A stretch of 64,000 nucleotides of DNA from the human T2T-CHM13v2.0 reference genome, Homo sapiens, in assembly GCF_009914755.1 (NCBI RefSeq), contig NC_060929.1; one strand, written 5' to 3'. The notes under the pieces were generated by a model that saw only the letters and a list, made by a program, of their open reading frames with translations, searched no databases and was not told where the DNA came from. This document shows, one piece after another, positions 32,480 through 44,450 of the stretch. The translations under genes were made by a program, and so were the position numbers. The first letter of the stretch is position 1; the number at the start of each line of letters is the position of its first letter.

Positions 32480-33900
32480 CATCAGTATGGATATGCTATG
32501 ATTTATTGCTGTCGAAAACAACCCCCAGATCATAGTGGGTTATAATTTATTTCTTATTTAAGTGACAAGTCCACTGAGGATTAGATAGGGGCTCTGTTGA
32601 TTATAGTCATTCAGAGATTCAGGTTAATTGTCTGCCTCGACAGATGCTTTCTCAAACATTGAGACAGAGGAAGACAATGTGGCAAATCACATACAAATTC
32701 CTAAAATGTCTACTTAGAAATAACATGTCACCTTTGCTCATTTATTAAGCCACAAGTCATATGGCTGCTCTAACTTTAAGTGGGAAGAGGAAGTGCAAGT
32801 TTAGAATGTGACCCTCTGAAAGACTAGAAATATTTGGTGGACTGAACTGATGTCGACCACAGTCTTTCCTCTAGCTCTCCATATTGGGAAAAGCCTCCTT
32901 CCTACATATACAAAACTCTCCCTTCTCAAAGAAGATAATTTAAAAATTGTACCTAATAACTGCACCTAGCTCAAAGGCCAGGATGTCTGAGTGGTGCCTG
33001 ACTAGGATGCAGCTCCCGTTTCTCCAGATACCTTAACACTAAAATGATCACTTATGTGCTTCTTTGAAACTCCCAGTGTGTACAATGGTGTCTAGAGATA
33101 GCATAACCATAATAAACTCACTCTACTATTCAGAAACAAAAAACAGGAGACATACAGCAGGTGGACATACACAGGTAACATTTGTGAAATCTTACTGGAT
33201 ACTTGTTGGGTGGGAGCTCCCTACCCTGATGATGGAAAACATTTCATAATTAGGCCCAGATTCTGCCTCTTGAAGGGAGTTTCCTATTACATTGCTCTCT
33301 GTGGTTTTTAGGTGATCCCTCTGAAAGTTTCTTTATTTTATCCTCTTTTGCCACATCTAAAGTGGGCATTAGAAAATATGCCGTCCTTATGGGCTGAATT
33401 GTTTTCTCAGCTTAGTTATTGCCTGTAGACTACTGGGAGACGAGTGCTTTGTTTCTAATAGTTGCATTCTCTCAGGATGATGGTTCTTTTTGGCAGTGCA
33501 ACTCTCAAAAACTTAGTTGCCTATTTGCTTCTAGTTAGCTCCATGTGTCAATTGCCACACTCAAAATTCCTTTCTAGATAGAATTCTCACATGCTGAATT
33601 TCTTTGCTTCATTCACAAGCCTCTTTCTAGATTTCAATGCAAGTACTCTGAGCCTAGCCAGCTTTGGTAGGATAGTCACAAATAAGCTAATTTTTTTTCT
33701 TGTTAAAAAGACCCTTACTCTCAGACTATTTGATCCACCCAGAGATTTGAACAGTGGGTAGGATGAAAATGTTTTTGAGTTGACCCTTGGGAAATAGGGC
33801 TTAAATATTGTCTCAGTTTAGCTTTATACGTTACAGGTTGGAATTGAAAAGTAGTTGTTTCTGAATTTCTGTACTATATTCCTCTTCCATGTTGCTTCCC
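32480..33900 (-). mobile_element. Old MLT1 LTR plus probable MLT1 internal remnant
   Basis: aacaacccccagatcatagtggg and gccacaagtcatatggctgctctaactt. Degenerate MaLR-like sequence follows. Boundaries uncertain. Confidence 0.4.
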
Positions 33901-34471
33901 ATTAGGCAGCAGAGGGTCACAGGCTGACTTCCTATCATCTAGAACATTCTTCTCCACATTTTCTTTCTTCTTATCTTGGCAGGAATAACTATTCTTTTTC
34001 CAAATACAGGATCCAAATGTTTAAAATAAAAAAAGGAAATAAATTAAGCTGATCTGCCTTTGTAGAAGTAGAGGAGGAAATGTTCAATTCCCAGGTGGAA
34101 AGAAGAAGTCTCCAATGGAGAGTTTAAAAACCACCGATCTGGAAGACTTAAGTCCAAGTGCTTAAGAGAGCATATAAAGCCCTCAAGAATATGTCACCTA
34201 CCTTATCCTTTATGGACTTGTATATGATTATTTTGTGACCCTAAATTTATAAGCTGACAACTGGAAGCTGTTTTTAGAGGTTCACATTATGATTTCTCTC
34301 ACATTGCTTATTCAGTGTACCTGTCTGGAAATCTTCTCACAGTTGCCCTTTAACTCCAACTCAGTCTAAGGACCTCATAGGCTTCCTCGTCTCCTGAAGG
34401 TTGGGAAAAGGTCCACTTTTCCGTATTTCTGCATATCAGTATCACACTTTCTCTCAAAGGTTGTCAGCAAA

Positions 34472-34665
34472 GTGATTGTGTATTATTTTGGTATAATACA
34501 CACTAATTTTGTACTATTTTGATAATATTTTGCATTTTTTATATTATTTTGGTATTTTGTAATTTTTTGTATTATTTTGATAACAAATAATTTTGTATTA
34601 CTTGATACAGTACACAATCGCATAATTTTATTATATTTGATATAAGTATGATAAAATAAGTATGT
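34472..34665. repeat. AT-rich degenerate array of the tgtattattttg(g/a)ta motif with inverted copies
   Basis: The motif recurs about five times. Hairpin tgtgtattat (34477-34486) / ataatacaca (34493-34502). Confidence 0.75.
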
Positions 34666-35958
34666 TTAAAAGATTAAACATATAAAAGAGTTAATTAAAA
34701 CTATAAGCAAAGAACAAGACACTATAAAAATGAAATTACCATAGTTGAAAAAACTAGACACAGTTAAAAAAAGAATTAGTAAGTTGACAAAATTCCAAAA
34801 GATGCAGCACAATGAAATAAAAAGTTCAAAAATATGGTTAAAACATATTAAGAATAGAACTAAAAGATCCAACAGTCAACTAACAAAAGCACCTGAAGAA
34901 AAGACAAAAGGCTTTGGTGAGAAGCAGTGAGTGAAAATACAATGACTATAATCAGATATAATTTCTCAGATTAAGGAAATACAAGTCTGAACCAGAATGA
35001 ATATAAGTAAATCCCTAATAGCAATTCTAAACTTGCTATGAAACTATGTAACATCCAAGAAACTGGTAAAGAGTCAAGTAAATTTCAATACACATTAATT
35101 AAACAAAACAATGAATAATAATAAAAATGGACAATTTGATGGTGTAAAAAGAAAGTTCGTAAAATTGTGGATAGCAGTAATGTGTCACATGGGAAGAAGT
35201 GAATGAAGGCAGATCTCCGAATCTTTATTAAAAGAACAGCAGTGTTGACTGACTTTGACCATTATAAGTCAGTATGCGTGATATGATTGTAAGAGAAACA
35301 ATTTAAAAATTGGTCATTGTAATTTCCAAATTAGTAGAGGATATAAAAATGAAAAAGGGAAATTCAATTCAACAGAAGGAAAAAAAGAAATAAAAAACAA
35401 GCAAAAAAAAAAACACAGTAAGAGAGCAAAACAAAATAGTGGCAGAAAGTTCAGGTTATAAATAATTTCAATAAACATAAAAGTACTGAATTTCTTCAGC
35501 TAAAAGTGTTTAGATTGGATTTTTTTTTAAAAAAAAGCCTTTCCTTCTTTCTTTATAATTAAATCCTAAAGTCACCAGATTGTCAATTAATACTGGTGTC
35601 TAAAAAAAAAAAAAATCAACCAGCTAAGTTCAAAAAAGAGAGGCATATGCACTGTGTATGTATGTGTATGTGTGTGTGTTTATGGGGGGAAATGGTTAGT
35701 ATTAGACCCCAAACAGAATAACTAGGACATCTGCAAAGAGGGGCAGAGCAGACGGCCTGGTGTGGGGCCTCAGAGCTTGAGTAGGGGAAAGACTACCTGC
35801 ATCAGGTGGCAGAGATGATGGCAAGAGTAGCAGCCTTGCATGGAGTGGTGAAACCTGTTGGGTCATGTTGGTGACCGCATAGTGGAAGCAGTGGTGGTGG
35901 TCTGACATGGTCATCAGGGACTGAGCAAGTTAAAAAGAGTGTTGAGTGTCTACATAGG

Positions 35959-36473
35959 TGTCAGGCCTCTGAGCCCAAGCCAAGCCATCGCATCCCCTGT
36001 GACCTGCACGTATATGCCCAGATGGCCTGAAGTAACTAAAGAATCACAAAAGAAGTGAATATGCCCTGCCCCACCTTAACTGATGACATTCCACCACAAA
36101 AGAAGTGTAAATGGCCGGTCCTTGCCTTAACTGATGACATGACCTTGTGAAAGTCCTTTTCCTGGCTCATCCTGGCTCAAAAAGCACCCCCACTGAGCAC
36201 CTTGTGACCCCCACTCCTGCCCACTGAGCACCTTGCAACCCCCACTCCTGCCCACTGAGCACCTTGCAACCCCCACTCCTACCCGCCAGAGAACAAACCC
36301 CCTTTGACTGTAATTTTCCTTTACCTACCCAAATCCTATAAAACGGCCCCACCCTTATCTCCCTTTGCTGACTCTCTTTTCGGACTCAGCCCGCTTGCAC
36401 CCAGGTGAAATAAACAGCCATGTTGCTCACACAAAGCCTGTTTGGTGGTCTTTTCACACGGACGCTCATGAAA
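35959..36473 (+). mobile_element. Solo LTR7 (HERV-H LTR) with expanded internal repeats
   Basis: Starts tgtcaggcctctgagcccaagc and ends cacacggacgctcatgaaa. Perfect 5-bp TSD atagg (35954-35958 / 36474-36478). TATA tataaaa at 36337-36343; aataaa at 36409-36414. Confidence 0.97.
36189..36281. repeat. 3 x 31-bp tandem repeat within the LTR7
   Basis: cccactgagcaccttg(tg/ca)acccccactcct(g/a) starting at 36189, 36220 and 36251. Confidence 0.95.
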
Positions 36474-36564
36474 ATAGGGGGAGGTGTGTTTGCAGCAGCA
36501 GCAATTGGAATTTGTTTTCATACAAGGAAACGATCTGGTGAAAGATCATATCAAGGATAATGGG

Positions 36565-36909
36565 TGTCATGAACTAACTGTTTGCATCTCCCTCAAATTC
36601 ACGTATTGAGTCCTAACCTCCAATGCGATGGTATTTGGAGACAGGGACTTTGGGAAGAAAACTAGGATTAGATGGGGTATGGAGATCAAGGCCCTCATGA
36701 TGGGATTATTGTAGTTATAAGAAGAGACACTAGAGCGTTCTCTCTCTCTCTCTCTGCAAGCCAGGAAGAAAGATCTCATCAGGAATCGAATAGGCTGGCA
36801 GCTTGATCTTAGATTTTCCAGCATCTAGAATTGTGAGAAAATAAATTTATGTTGTTTATGCAACCCAGGATATGGTATTTTGTTATGGCAGTCCAAGCAG
36901 ACAAACACA
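36565..36909 (+). mobile_element. MLT1A-like solo LTR
   Basis: tgtcatgaactaactg...aaataaatttatgttgttt...cagacaaacaca. TSD atggg (36560-36564 / 36910-36914). Confidence 0.88.
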
Positions 36910-38731
36910 ATGGGAGTCATATTTCTCACTGTAGTAAAAGGGGGTTACAAATATGGAAATAAAAAAAACTGGAATTAATCCTATGGTATTGCACTGAAAT
37001 CAGAGACATTGGTATTAACTCATTTTTTAAAAACATATACATAGATAGTTGAGTAAAACATACACATAGATGTAAACGTGTATTTACATATATGCCCTGG
37101 TTATGTCCATTGAGAGACCCGAGTAATCACAATACCAATGTGCACACTGATCTTCATTTCTAAATATAATTCTCAGCCATAAGGAACTAGGGCTCCTTGG
37201 AGAAATGGCTGGTTCCAATGCTTGGGCAGGCAAAGTACAAGATGAGCATGGAAAATGTTATTGTACCAGAAAGTGAGGAAGTATTCAGAAAATGATGTAC
37301 AAAATTGGCTTGAAGAGGCCCACATTAGACAAACATTGGAATCATTTGTACATCAAAATAATGACAGTAATAGATTATAACCTGGTGATTAAATTGTTAT
37401 TTCTTCATACAGTTATAAATAAACAAATGCATAAATAAATGGAGACAAAAGAAAGCTTTTTGTTACAACAGAAAGCCAATTAATAAGTGTAGATGGAATG
37501 ATGGAATGAAAAATTATTATTTGGCAACCATCTTACCAATAATTCAGTCATAAAGACATCAATGGATGGGAAAACTAGTGACAGAAAATTTGACAAGGAA
37601 TGGAGTATTTACTTAGTCTCAAAGATTTGTTAATTGCAAAGGGAAAAACAACTTTATAGGAAAGAAACTTAGAAGACATCACATTTATCAAGTGATAAAA
37701 GTTAACACAACTAGTAGTAGGCCAAATTGAAATTGCATACCATCTGGTAAAACAATGAGAACACAGCATCACTTCTGTGATATTCCTCCAATAAATATAT
37801 ATAACCCGAATTTAATAATGAAGGAATATCAGACAAATAAAAGCTTAATAACATTCTACAAAATAGTGTTATTTTGGAAAGTGTCAACGTCATGAATGTC
37901 AAGGAGAGTCTGAGGAACTATTTCAGATTGAAGGAGAAAAGCAGAGGTTAATATAAAATATAGCTGAGGACAGGATAATTTTGCTATAGAAAACATTATT
38001 GAAAAAAACTGAAATTTTAATGGTAGTCTGTGGATTATATCATAGCCATCTGTCTATTCTAATTTCCTGATTTAAATGGCAGTATTATGTTTATGTAGGT
38101 AAATATTCTAGGAATTACACATAAATATTCTGGGGTGATGGGGCATGATCTCTCCAATTTACTCTTTAATCATTCAGAAAAAAATTCTGAGTATAGTTCT
38201 AAATTTTCCATTAAAATATTAAAATATTTCAAGATAAAAATTTTAAAAATCCAGCTATATGATGATTACAGGAGACATACTTAAAACATAATAAAAGACT
38301 GTGTGGAGTGGGGGTAGAGAAAGATATAGAAGGAAGATGTTAATCAAAAGAAATCTGATGTAGCAACGTAGCATAAAACACAATTGTAAACAGTTCATTC
38401 TTCAACAGTGAATCAAAATGGATATTTACAAGGGAACAATAATATCAAAACCTATAGGATGCAAATAAAAGAGTGCTTACAGAGTAATCTGTAGTCTGCA
38501 AAACCATATGTTAAGAAAAAAAATTTTAATGGCTCTTCTTAAACTAAAAAACTAAGGAAACATCTAATAAATAAAATAAAGCTGAATAAAGAAAATTATA
38601 GGAATATTTTACGAAATAAAAAGTACCCAAGTATAAGAATAAAGAAAATCAACCAAAAGACAGTTCTTTAAATATATTGGTAGAATATATTTACTATAGT
38701 AAGAACAACGAACTAAAAAAAACTCCTAAAT

Positions 38732-39782
38732 TGTTGCGGGAAGTCAGGGACCCCAAACGGAGGGACCAGCTGAAGCCATGAGAGAAGAATGTGGATTGTG
38801 AATATTTTATGGACATTTATTAGTTCCCCAAATTAATACTTTTGTAATTTCTTATGCCTGTCTTTACTGCAATCTCTAAACATAAATTGTAAAGATTTCA
38901 TGGACACTTATCACTTCCCTAATCAATATCCTTGTGATTTCCTATGCCTGTCTTTGCTTTAATCTCTTAATCCTGTCAGCCGAGAAGGATGTATATCATC
39001 TCAGGACCCTGTAATAATTGCATTAAGTACACAAATTGTACAGCATGTGTGTTTGAGCAATATGAAATGTGGGCACCCTGAAAAAAAGAACGGGATAACA
39101 GCAATTGTTCAGGGAATAAGAGAGATAACCTTAAACTCTGACCGCCGGTGAGCCGGGCAGAACAGAGCCATATTTCTCTTCTTTCAAAAGCAAATGGGAG
39201 AAATATCGCTGAATTCCGTCCCTGAGAAAGAGAATGCGCACCTAGGGGTAGGTCTCTGAACTGGCCCCCCCGGGGCATACCTGTCTCTTATGGTCGAGAT
39301 TGCAGAGGTGAAATAAACTCCAGTCTCCCATAGCGCTCCCAGGCTTATTAGGAAGAGGAAATTCCCGACTAATAAACTTTGGTCAGACCGGTTGATCTCA
39401 AAACCCTGTCTCCTGATAAGATGTTATCAATGACAATGGTGCCAAAACTTCATTAGCAATTTTAATTTCACCTCGGTCCTGTGGTCCTGTGATCTCGCCC
39501 TGTCTCCACTTGCCTTGTGATATTCTATTACCCTGTTAAGTACTTGATGTCTGTCACCCACACCTATTTGTATACTCCCTCCCCTTTTGAAACTCCCTAA
39601 TAAAAACTTGCTGGTTTTTGTGGCTTGTGGGGCATCATGGATCCTACCAATGTGTGATGTCTCCCCAGGACGCCCAGCTTTAAAATTTCTCTTTTGTACT
39701 CTGTCCTTTTATTTCTCAAGCCAGTCGAAGCTTAGGAAAATAGAAAAGAACCTACGTGATTATCGGGGCAGGTCCCCCGATA
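38732..39782 (+). mobile_element. MER11 solo LTR (HERVK11/HML-8 family), ~1.05 kb
   Basis: Starts tgttgcgggaagtcagggaccccaaacggagggacc and ends gggcaggtcccccgata. aataaa near 39599. Confidence 0.93.
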
Positions 39783-39801
39783 TCCCAGCATTGTTAGGAA
39801 T

Positions 39802-40250
39802 TGTATTAGTCAGGGTTCTTTAGAGGGACAGAACTAATGGAATAGATATGTAATATTTAAAGGGGAAGTTTATTAAGTATTAACTCACATGATCACAATG
39901 TCCCACAATGGGCCATCTGCAGGCTGAGGAGCAAGAAGAACCAGTCCAGGTTCCAAAACTGAAAAACTTTGGAGTCCGATGTTTGAGGGCAGGAAGCATC
40001 CAGCATGGGAGAACAATGTAGGCTGGAGGCTAAGCAGTGCCTCTCTTTTCACTTTTCTCTTCCTGCTTATATTCTAGCCATGCTGGCAGGTGATTAGCTT
40101 TTGCCTACCCACATTGAGGGTGAGTGTTCCTTTCCCAGCCCACTAACTCAAATGTTAATCTCCTTTGGCAACACCCTCACAGACACACCCAGGATCAATA
40201 CTTTGCCTCCTTCAATCCAATCATGTTGACACACATTATTAACCATCACA
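39802..40250 (-). mobile_element. MLT2A (HERV-L) solo LTR
   Basis: tgtattagtcagggttct..agagggacagaactaat through attaaccatcaca. Perfect TSD ggaat (39797-39801 / 40251-40255). Confidence 0.92.
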
Positions 40251-41029
40251 GGAATGAAAAAGGGAAAACTACAGACACATAGAAACTGAACAAATCATAA
40301 GTTAATTCTATGGAAAACTTTAGAGACTAGTTTGCTAAAATGGACAATTTTCTAGACAAATATAACTTAACAAACGTAATCTATCTATAAATCAATTGAA
40401 GTAATCAAACCAGTAGTTTTTAAACCTTCCATCAAGAAGGTATCATACGATGAGAATTTTAGAGGAATAGCTAGGTCAGATAATTTCCACCTTCTATGAA
40501 TTTTCCACGTACTAGAAAAGGCCGGGAGGCTCCCTAGCTCACTGTATGTGGCTGTATTGGAAGCTTGCTCTAAAGCTACCCTATGTCCTCTCTCCCCTCC
40601 ACCTCACCTTTAATTTCTAATTGATCTCATATCACCATGAATTCCCCTATTAATATGATCTGACAGTTGCAATTTTTACTTCAACTCAACAATACTTATT
40701 GAGTAGCCTATTACATTCAAGGTCCTATGATAGTTTTGGGAATAAAAGAGATATCTACATAGCAGATTGGCTGCTAGGTTGATGCAGTTAAAGCCTCAGT
40801 CTTAGGTGAAAACAGTTGGGAATTTTACAAATCCCTAAATCAGCAACTCATTTTTATTTTACTCCTTCTTGCCTTTTCCCAAATATTTTGAACTTTTTTG
40901 TAGATAGTGTTTTAAGTGCAAAACAAATGACAAAGACCCACACAAGAGATAAAAATGGCAAACTAATTGCAGTTGTATGGCATGAAACAACACAATCCTA
41001 AGGAAAAAAAGCATCATTGAAAGTTAAAT

Positions 41030-41230
41030 GACCACGTTTATGCATGTAGCTCCTGAGTTACTTAAGGCAAATCACTTGGTCCTTCTGTGCCTCAATGCAA
41101 ACAGAACTACAGCTACCTCTCCAGCTGGTTTTGCAGTGTTGCTGAGAAGTAAATGTAATAAAATTAAATAATAGAGCTGAAATCCCTTGAAGGGTATAAT
41201 ATAAATAAAAGTGAGTTATTATCATCTTCA
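41030..41230 (+). mobile_element. MIR fragment
   Basis: ggcaaatcacttggtccttctgtgcctcaat...gtgttgctgagaagtaaatg. Confidence 0.55.
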
Positions 41231-42403
41231 TCACCATCATTAATATGTAGTACATAAGAGGCATTTCCATTTAAAAATGAATTGTGAGAGATTTTTGAAA
41301 ACAAGTTGGGTATAAGTTCATAGGGAAAATGATTTTTCAGGGAAGTATTATTATATCTTTTCCAATTTGCATATTCCATAGTGTACAATTCCACAATGCT
41401 ATGGCCTTCTAAATTCTGACTACAATTCACATATATTTTGATTCAATATACAAAATACACACACACACAACCATATGTATCATATGATATATGAATAAAA
41501 GGTCTCACAAAACAGTATTTACCTTTTCAATATTAAGTCAAGTTTGATATTTTCTATTTCACTCTGCTATATTCCATATAATTCTATTTTATCTCATTTT
41601 TAAAAAATGTATTTATCCTACGACTCCAGTTTGAAAACTGGTATTTCAGTATATATCTCACATCCATTGTTTTTTAAAACAACTCCATGAAAACAACTTA
41701 TTAAAGCTAGTGGGATAAGGCCAAGCAAGTCAATTTTTTTTCTGTTGGATTCCAGAACAAGAAGTACTAAAAGTTTATATTCTGCAGTTGAGGAGTGTTG
41801 CATCCAGACTTTTCAAATTGTAGCATAAAAAGTTGGTTAAAAAAAAAGTCTCCAGACTTTCCAGTTTTCTTCCAATGACCTTTGAAAGGAAGAATGATTG
41901 AAGGGAATTCTTAAGGATGAGCTCACAAGTAAGATGGGAGGAGGTTGTACCCTGCTATATTTTAGAGTGTGAACTTATTAAATCCAGCTGAATGTTTTGG
42001 ACTATCATCTCTGTCTTTTGTTAAAAGGGTAATTATCTACAAAAATTATAATTTGACAATTGAAACCTGAGATATCTCCACATATTTTCTCAATCAACTT
42101 AACCTTTGGTATATACAAATGATGAAAATCATAATAGTTTATGATAGTACAAAATACTAACTTTTTATAAAGAGAGGGTTTCATTTGCTGAGATATAATT
42201 AATTTTTAAATTTGTATATTGAATTTCAAGAGTAATTATTATATATACTGAACCAGAAAGCAGGGTAATCTATTTTTAAAAACCTCGATGAATCATAATG
42301 TTAAGTATATATTTATATTTAAATATGTCAAATAATTAAATTATAAAACAATTGAATTTGGAGGTACTTATTTCAATTATTTAAACAATCCTTTATAAAA
42401 TAA

Positions 42404-42911
42404 TATATTAGTATTGGTTAGAGTTCTTCTGAGGAACAGAACCAATAGTATATAAGGAGATTTATTATAGGAATTGATTCACATGGTAATGAAGGCTGAG
42501 AAATCCCACAATCTGCCATCTGCAAGCTGGAGAACCTGGAAAGCTGGTAGCGTAATGCAGTCCAAATTCAATGACTGATAAGCAAGAGGGGCCAAGTGTG
42601 TAAGTCCTGGTCTGACTTCAAAGGCCAAAAAGCCAGAAGCACAGATGTCTTAGGGCAGGAAAAGATGGATGTTTCAGCTCAACAGAGAGAGTGAATTAAC
42701 CTTTTCTTATCTTTTTGTTCTATATAGTCTGTCAAGTGGTTTGGATGATACCTGCCCACATTGGTGAGGGTAATCTTCTTTTCTCAGTCTATTGATTCAA
42801 ATGTTAATTTCTTTCAGAAACACTCTCACAGATACACCCCAAAGTAATATTTACTAGCTATCTGGGTACCCTTTAGCTCAGTCAAGTTGACATATAAAAT
42901 TAATCATCACT
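42404..42911 (-). mobile_element. MLT2C/D-like ERVL LTR
   Basis: gaacagaaccaatag, ggctgagaaatcccacaatctgccatctgcaagctggaga and cagtcaagttgacatataaaattaatcatcac. Confidence 0.85.
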
Positions 42912-42987
42912 AACATTTTAAACATTTTAAATTATAAAATTAACCATCACTAACATTTGCTTTGAGCATTTTTAAAAGATAATGACA

Positions 42988-43365
<378 letters not shown>

Positions 43366-43599
43366 TTATTGAAGAAGTCATACATGATAGATAATAATAG
43401 ATGGGAAAGCTGAGTTTTTGATAATTAAACAGTTAGAAGTAAATCCATTTTGCAAACTCTGGCTGGGGTATCTCTCTAAAACCTGAGCTGTTAACTTCAG
43501 AGTACACATAGTTTCCAGAAACCCAAATATTATTATGGCAAAGAACTCCCCAGTATTACTACCACAGACATTTTACCAGTGTTGACTGTCCATACATAC

Positions 43600-44450
43600 A
43601 CAGACGGCTCTACCTTAATGTGTCCCAAAATGAACACCTCATCTTCTCACCTCCTCTCACCCCTGCTCACCTTCACCCTCCCCAAAACACCTCACAATCT
43701 GACCTCTTGACAATCTCCTTGTTTCTCCTTTCAAAAGCCGCTCTCAGTTACCAAAGCCAGCAACCTGGAAGACCTCCTTAACATATTTTGCTCCATTACC
43801 ACATCCACTCCACTTACATCCAATTGTCCGCTAAATCTTATTGGCCATCTTGATAACTCTTAGGTCCATCCACTTTTCTCAAGACCAGCTTTAACTACTT
43901 GGTCAAACACCTTCTTACCAGTTTGTTCTTGGTTATTGTTATGGTCTTATTTATTCCTGTCTAAAGTTTTCCTCTGCTCTTATCTATTCTCTGCACAGCA
44001 GCTACACTGATTCTCCTAAAATGCAAACCTGATCACATCTTTCTTGCTTAAAATCCTTCCATGGCCCCTTATTTTCAGCATAAAACTTATGATCCTTAGC
44101 CTGACATGCAAAGCCACTCATCTGTAATCTCATCTCTCTCCAGTGTGGTAACTCTCAACTCTCTCTGTACCTAGGCTTTCTAAATTGCTACCAATTTTCT
44201 GAACTGCTATGCCCTCAACTCCAAACCTTTGGTATTTGCTTCTAAATCACCCTAAAATGCTCCCCTCTAACGCTGTAGTTTAGGAATTCCTCAAAAGTTT
44301 TTTCATAAAGTCCTGGAAATACATATATAATAGTAATTTTCATACTATATTATAATTATCCATCTTCCTACCTACATTAGACCATGAGCCCCAAGGCTCA
44401 GCATAATACATGGCACATAAAAAAAGGCCAAAAATATATTGTGTGAAACA
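43600..44450 (+). mobile_element. L2 fragment
   Basis: aatgtgtcccaaaatgaacacctcatctt, aaaatgcaaacctgatcac and gcttaaaatccttccatggc. Confidence 0.75.

Larger units (their letters stand above)
35880..38250 (+). mobile_element. L1MC3-like 3' UTR hosting the LTR7 and MLT1A insertions
   Basis: ggataatggg|agtcatatttctcactgtag...gttacaaatatggaaa rejoins across the MLT1A. Also ggaactagggctccttggagaaatggct and cacagcatcacttctgtgatattcct. Confidence 0.75.
38250..40560 (+). mobile_element. Ancient L1M ORF2 fragments hosting MER11 and MLT2A
   Basis: aaaacctataggatgca and ggaatgaaaaaggg..actacagacac; aaatggacaattttctaga. Confidence 0.55.

Noticed and set aside
36189-36281. ~30-bp repeats (also 26557-26618) as a CRISPR-like array
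   Set aside because: They are head-to-tail repeats without spacers, in primate DNA, with no cas genes.
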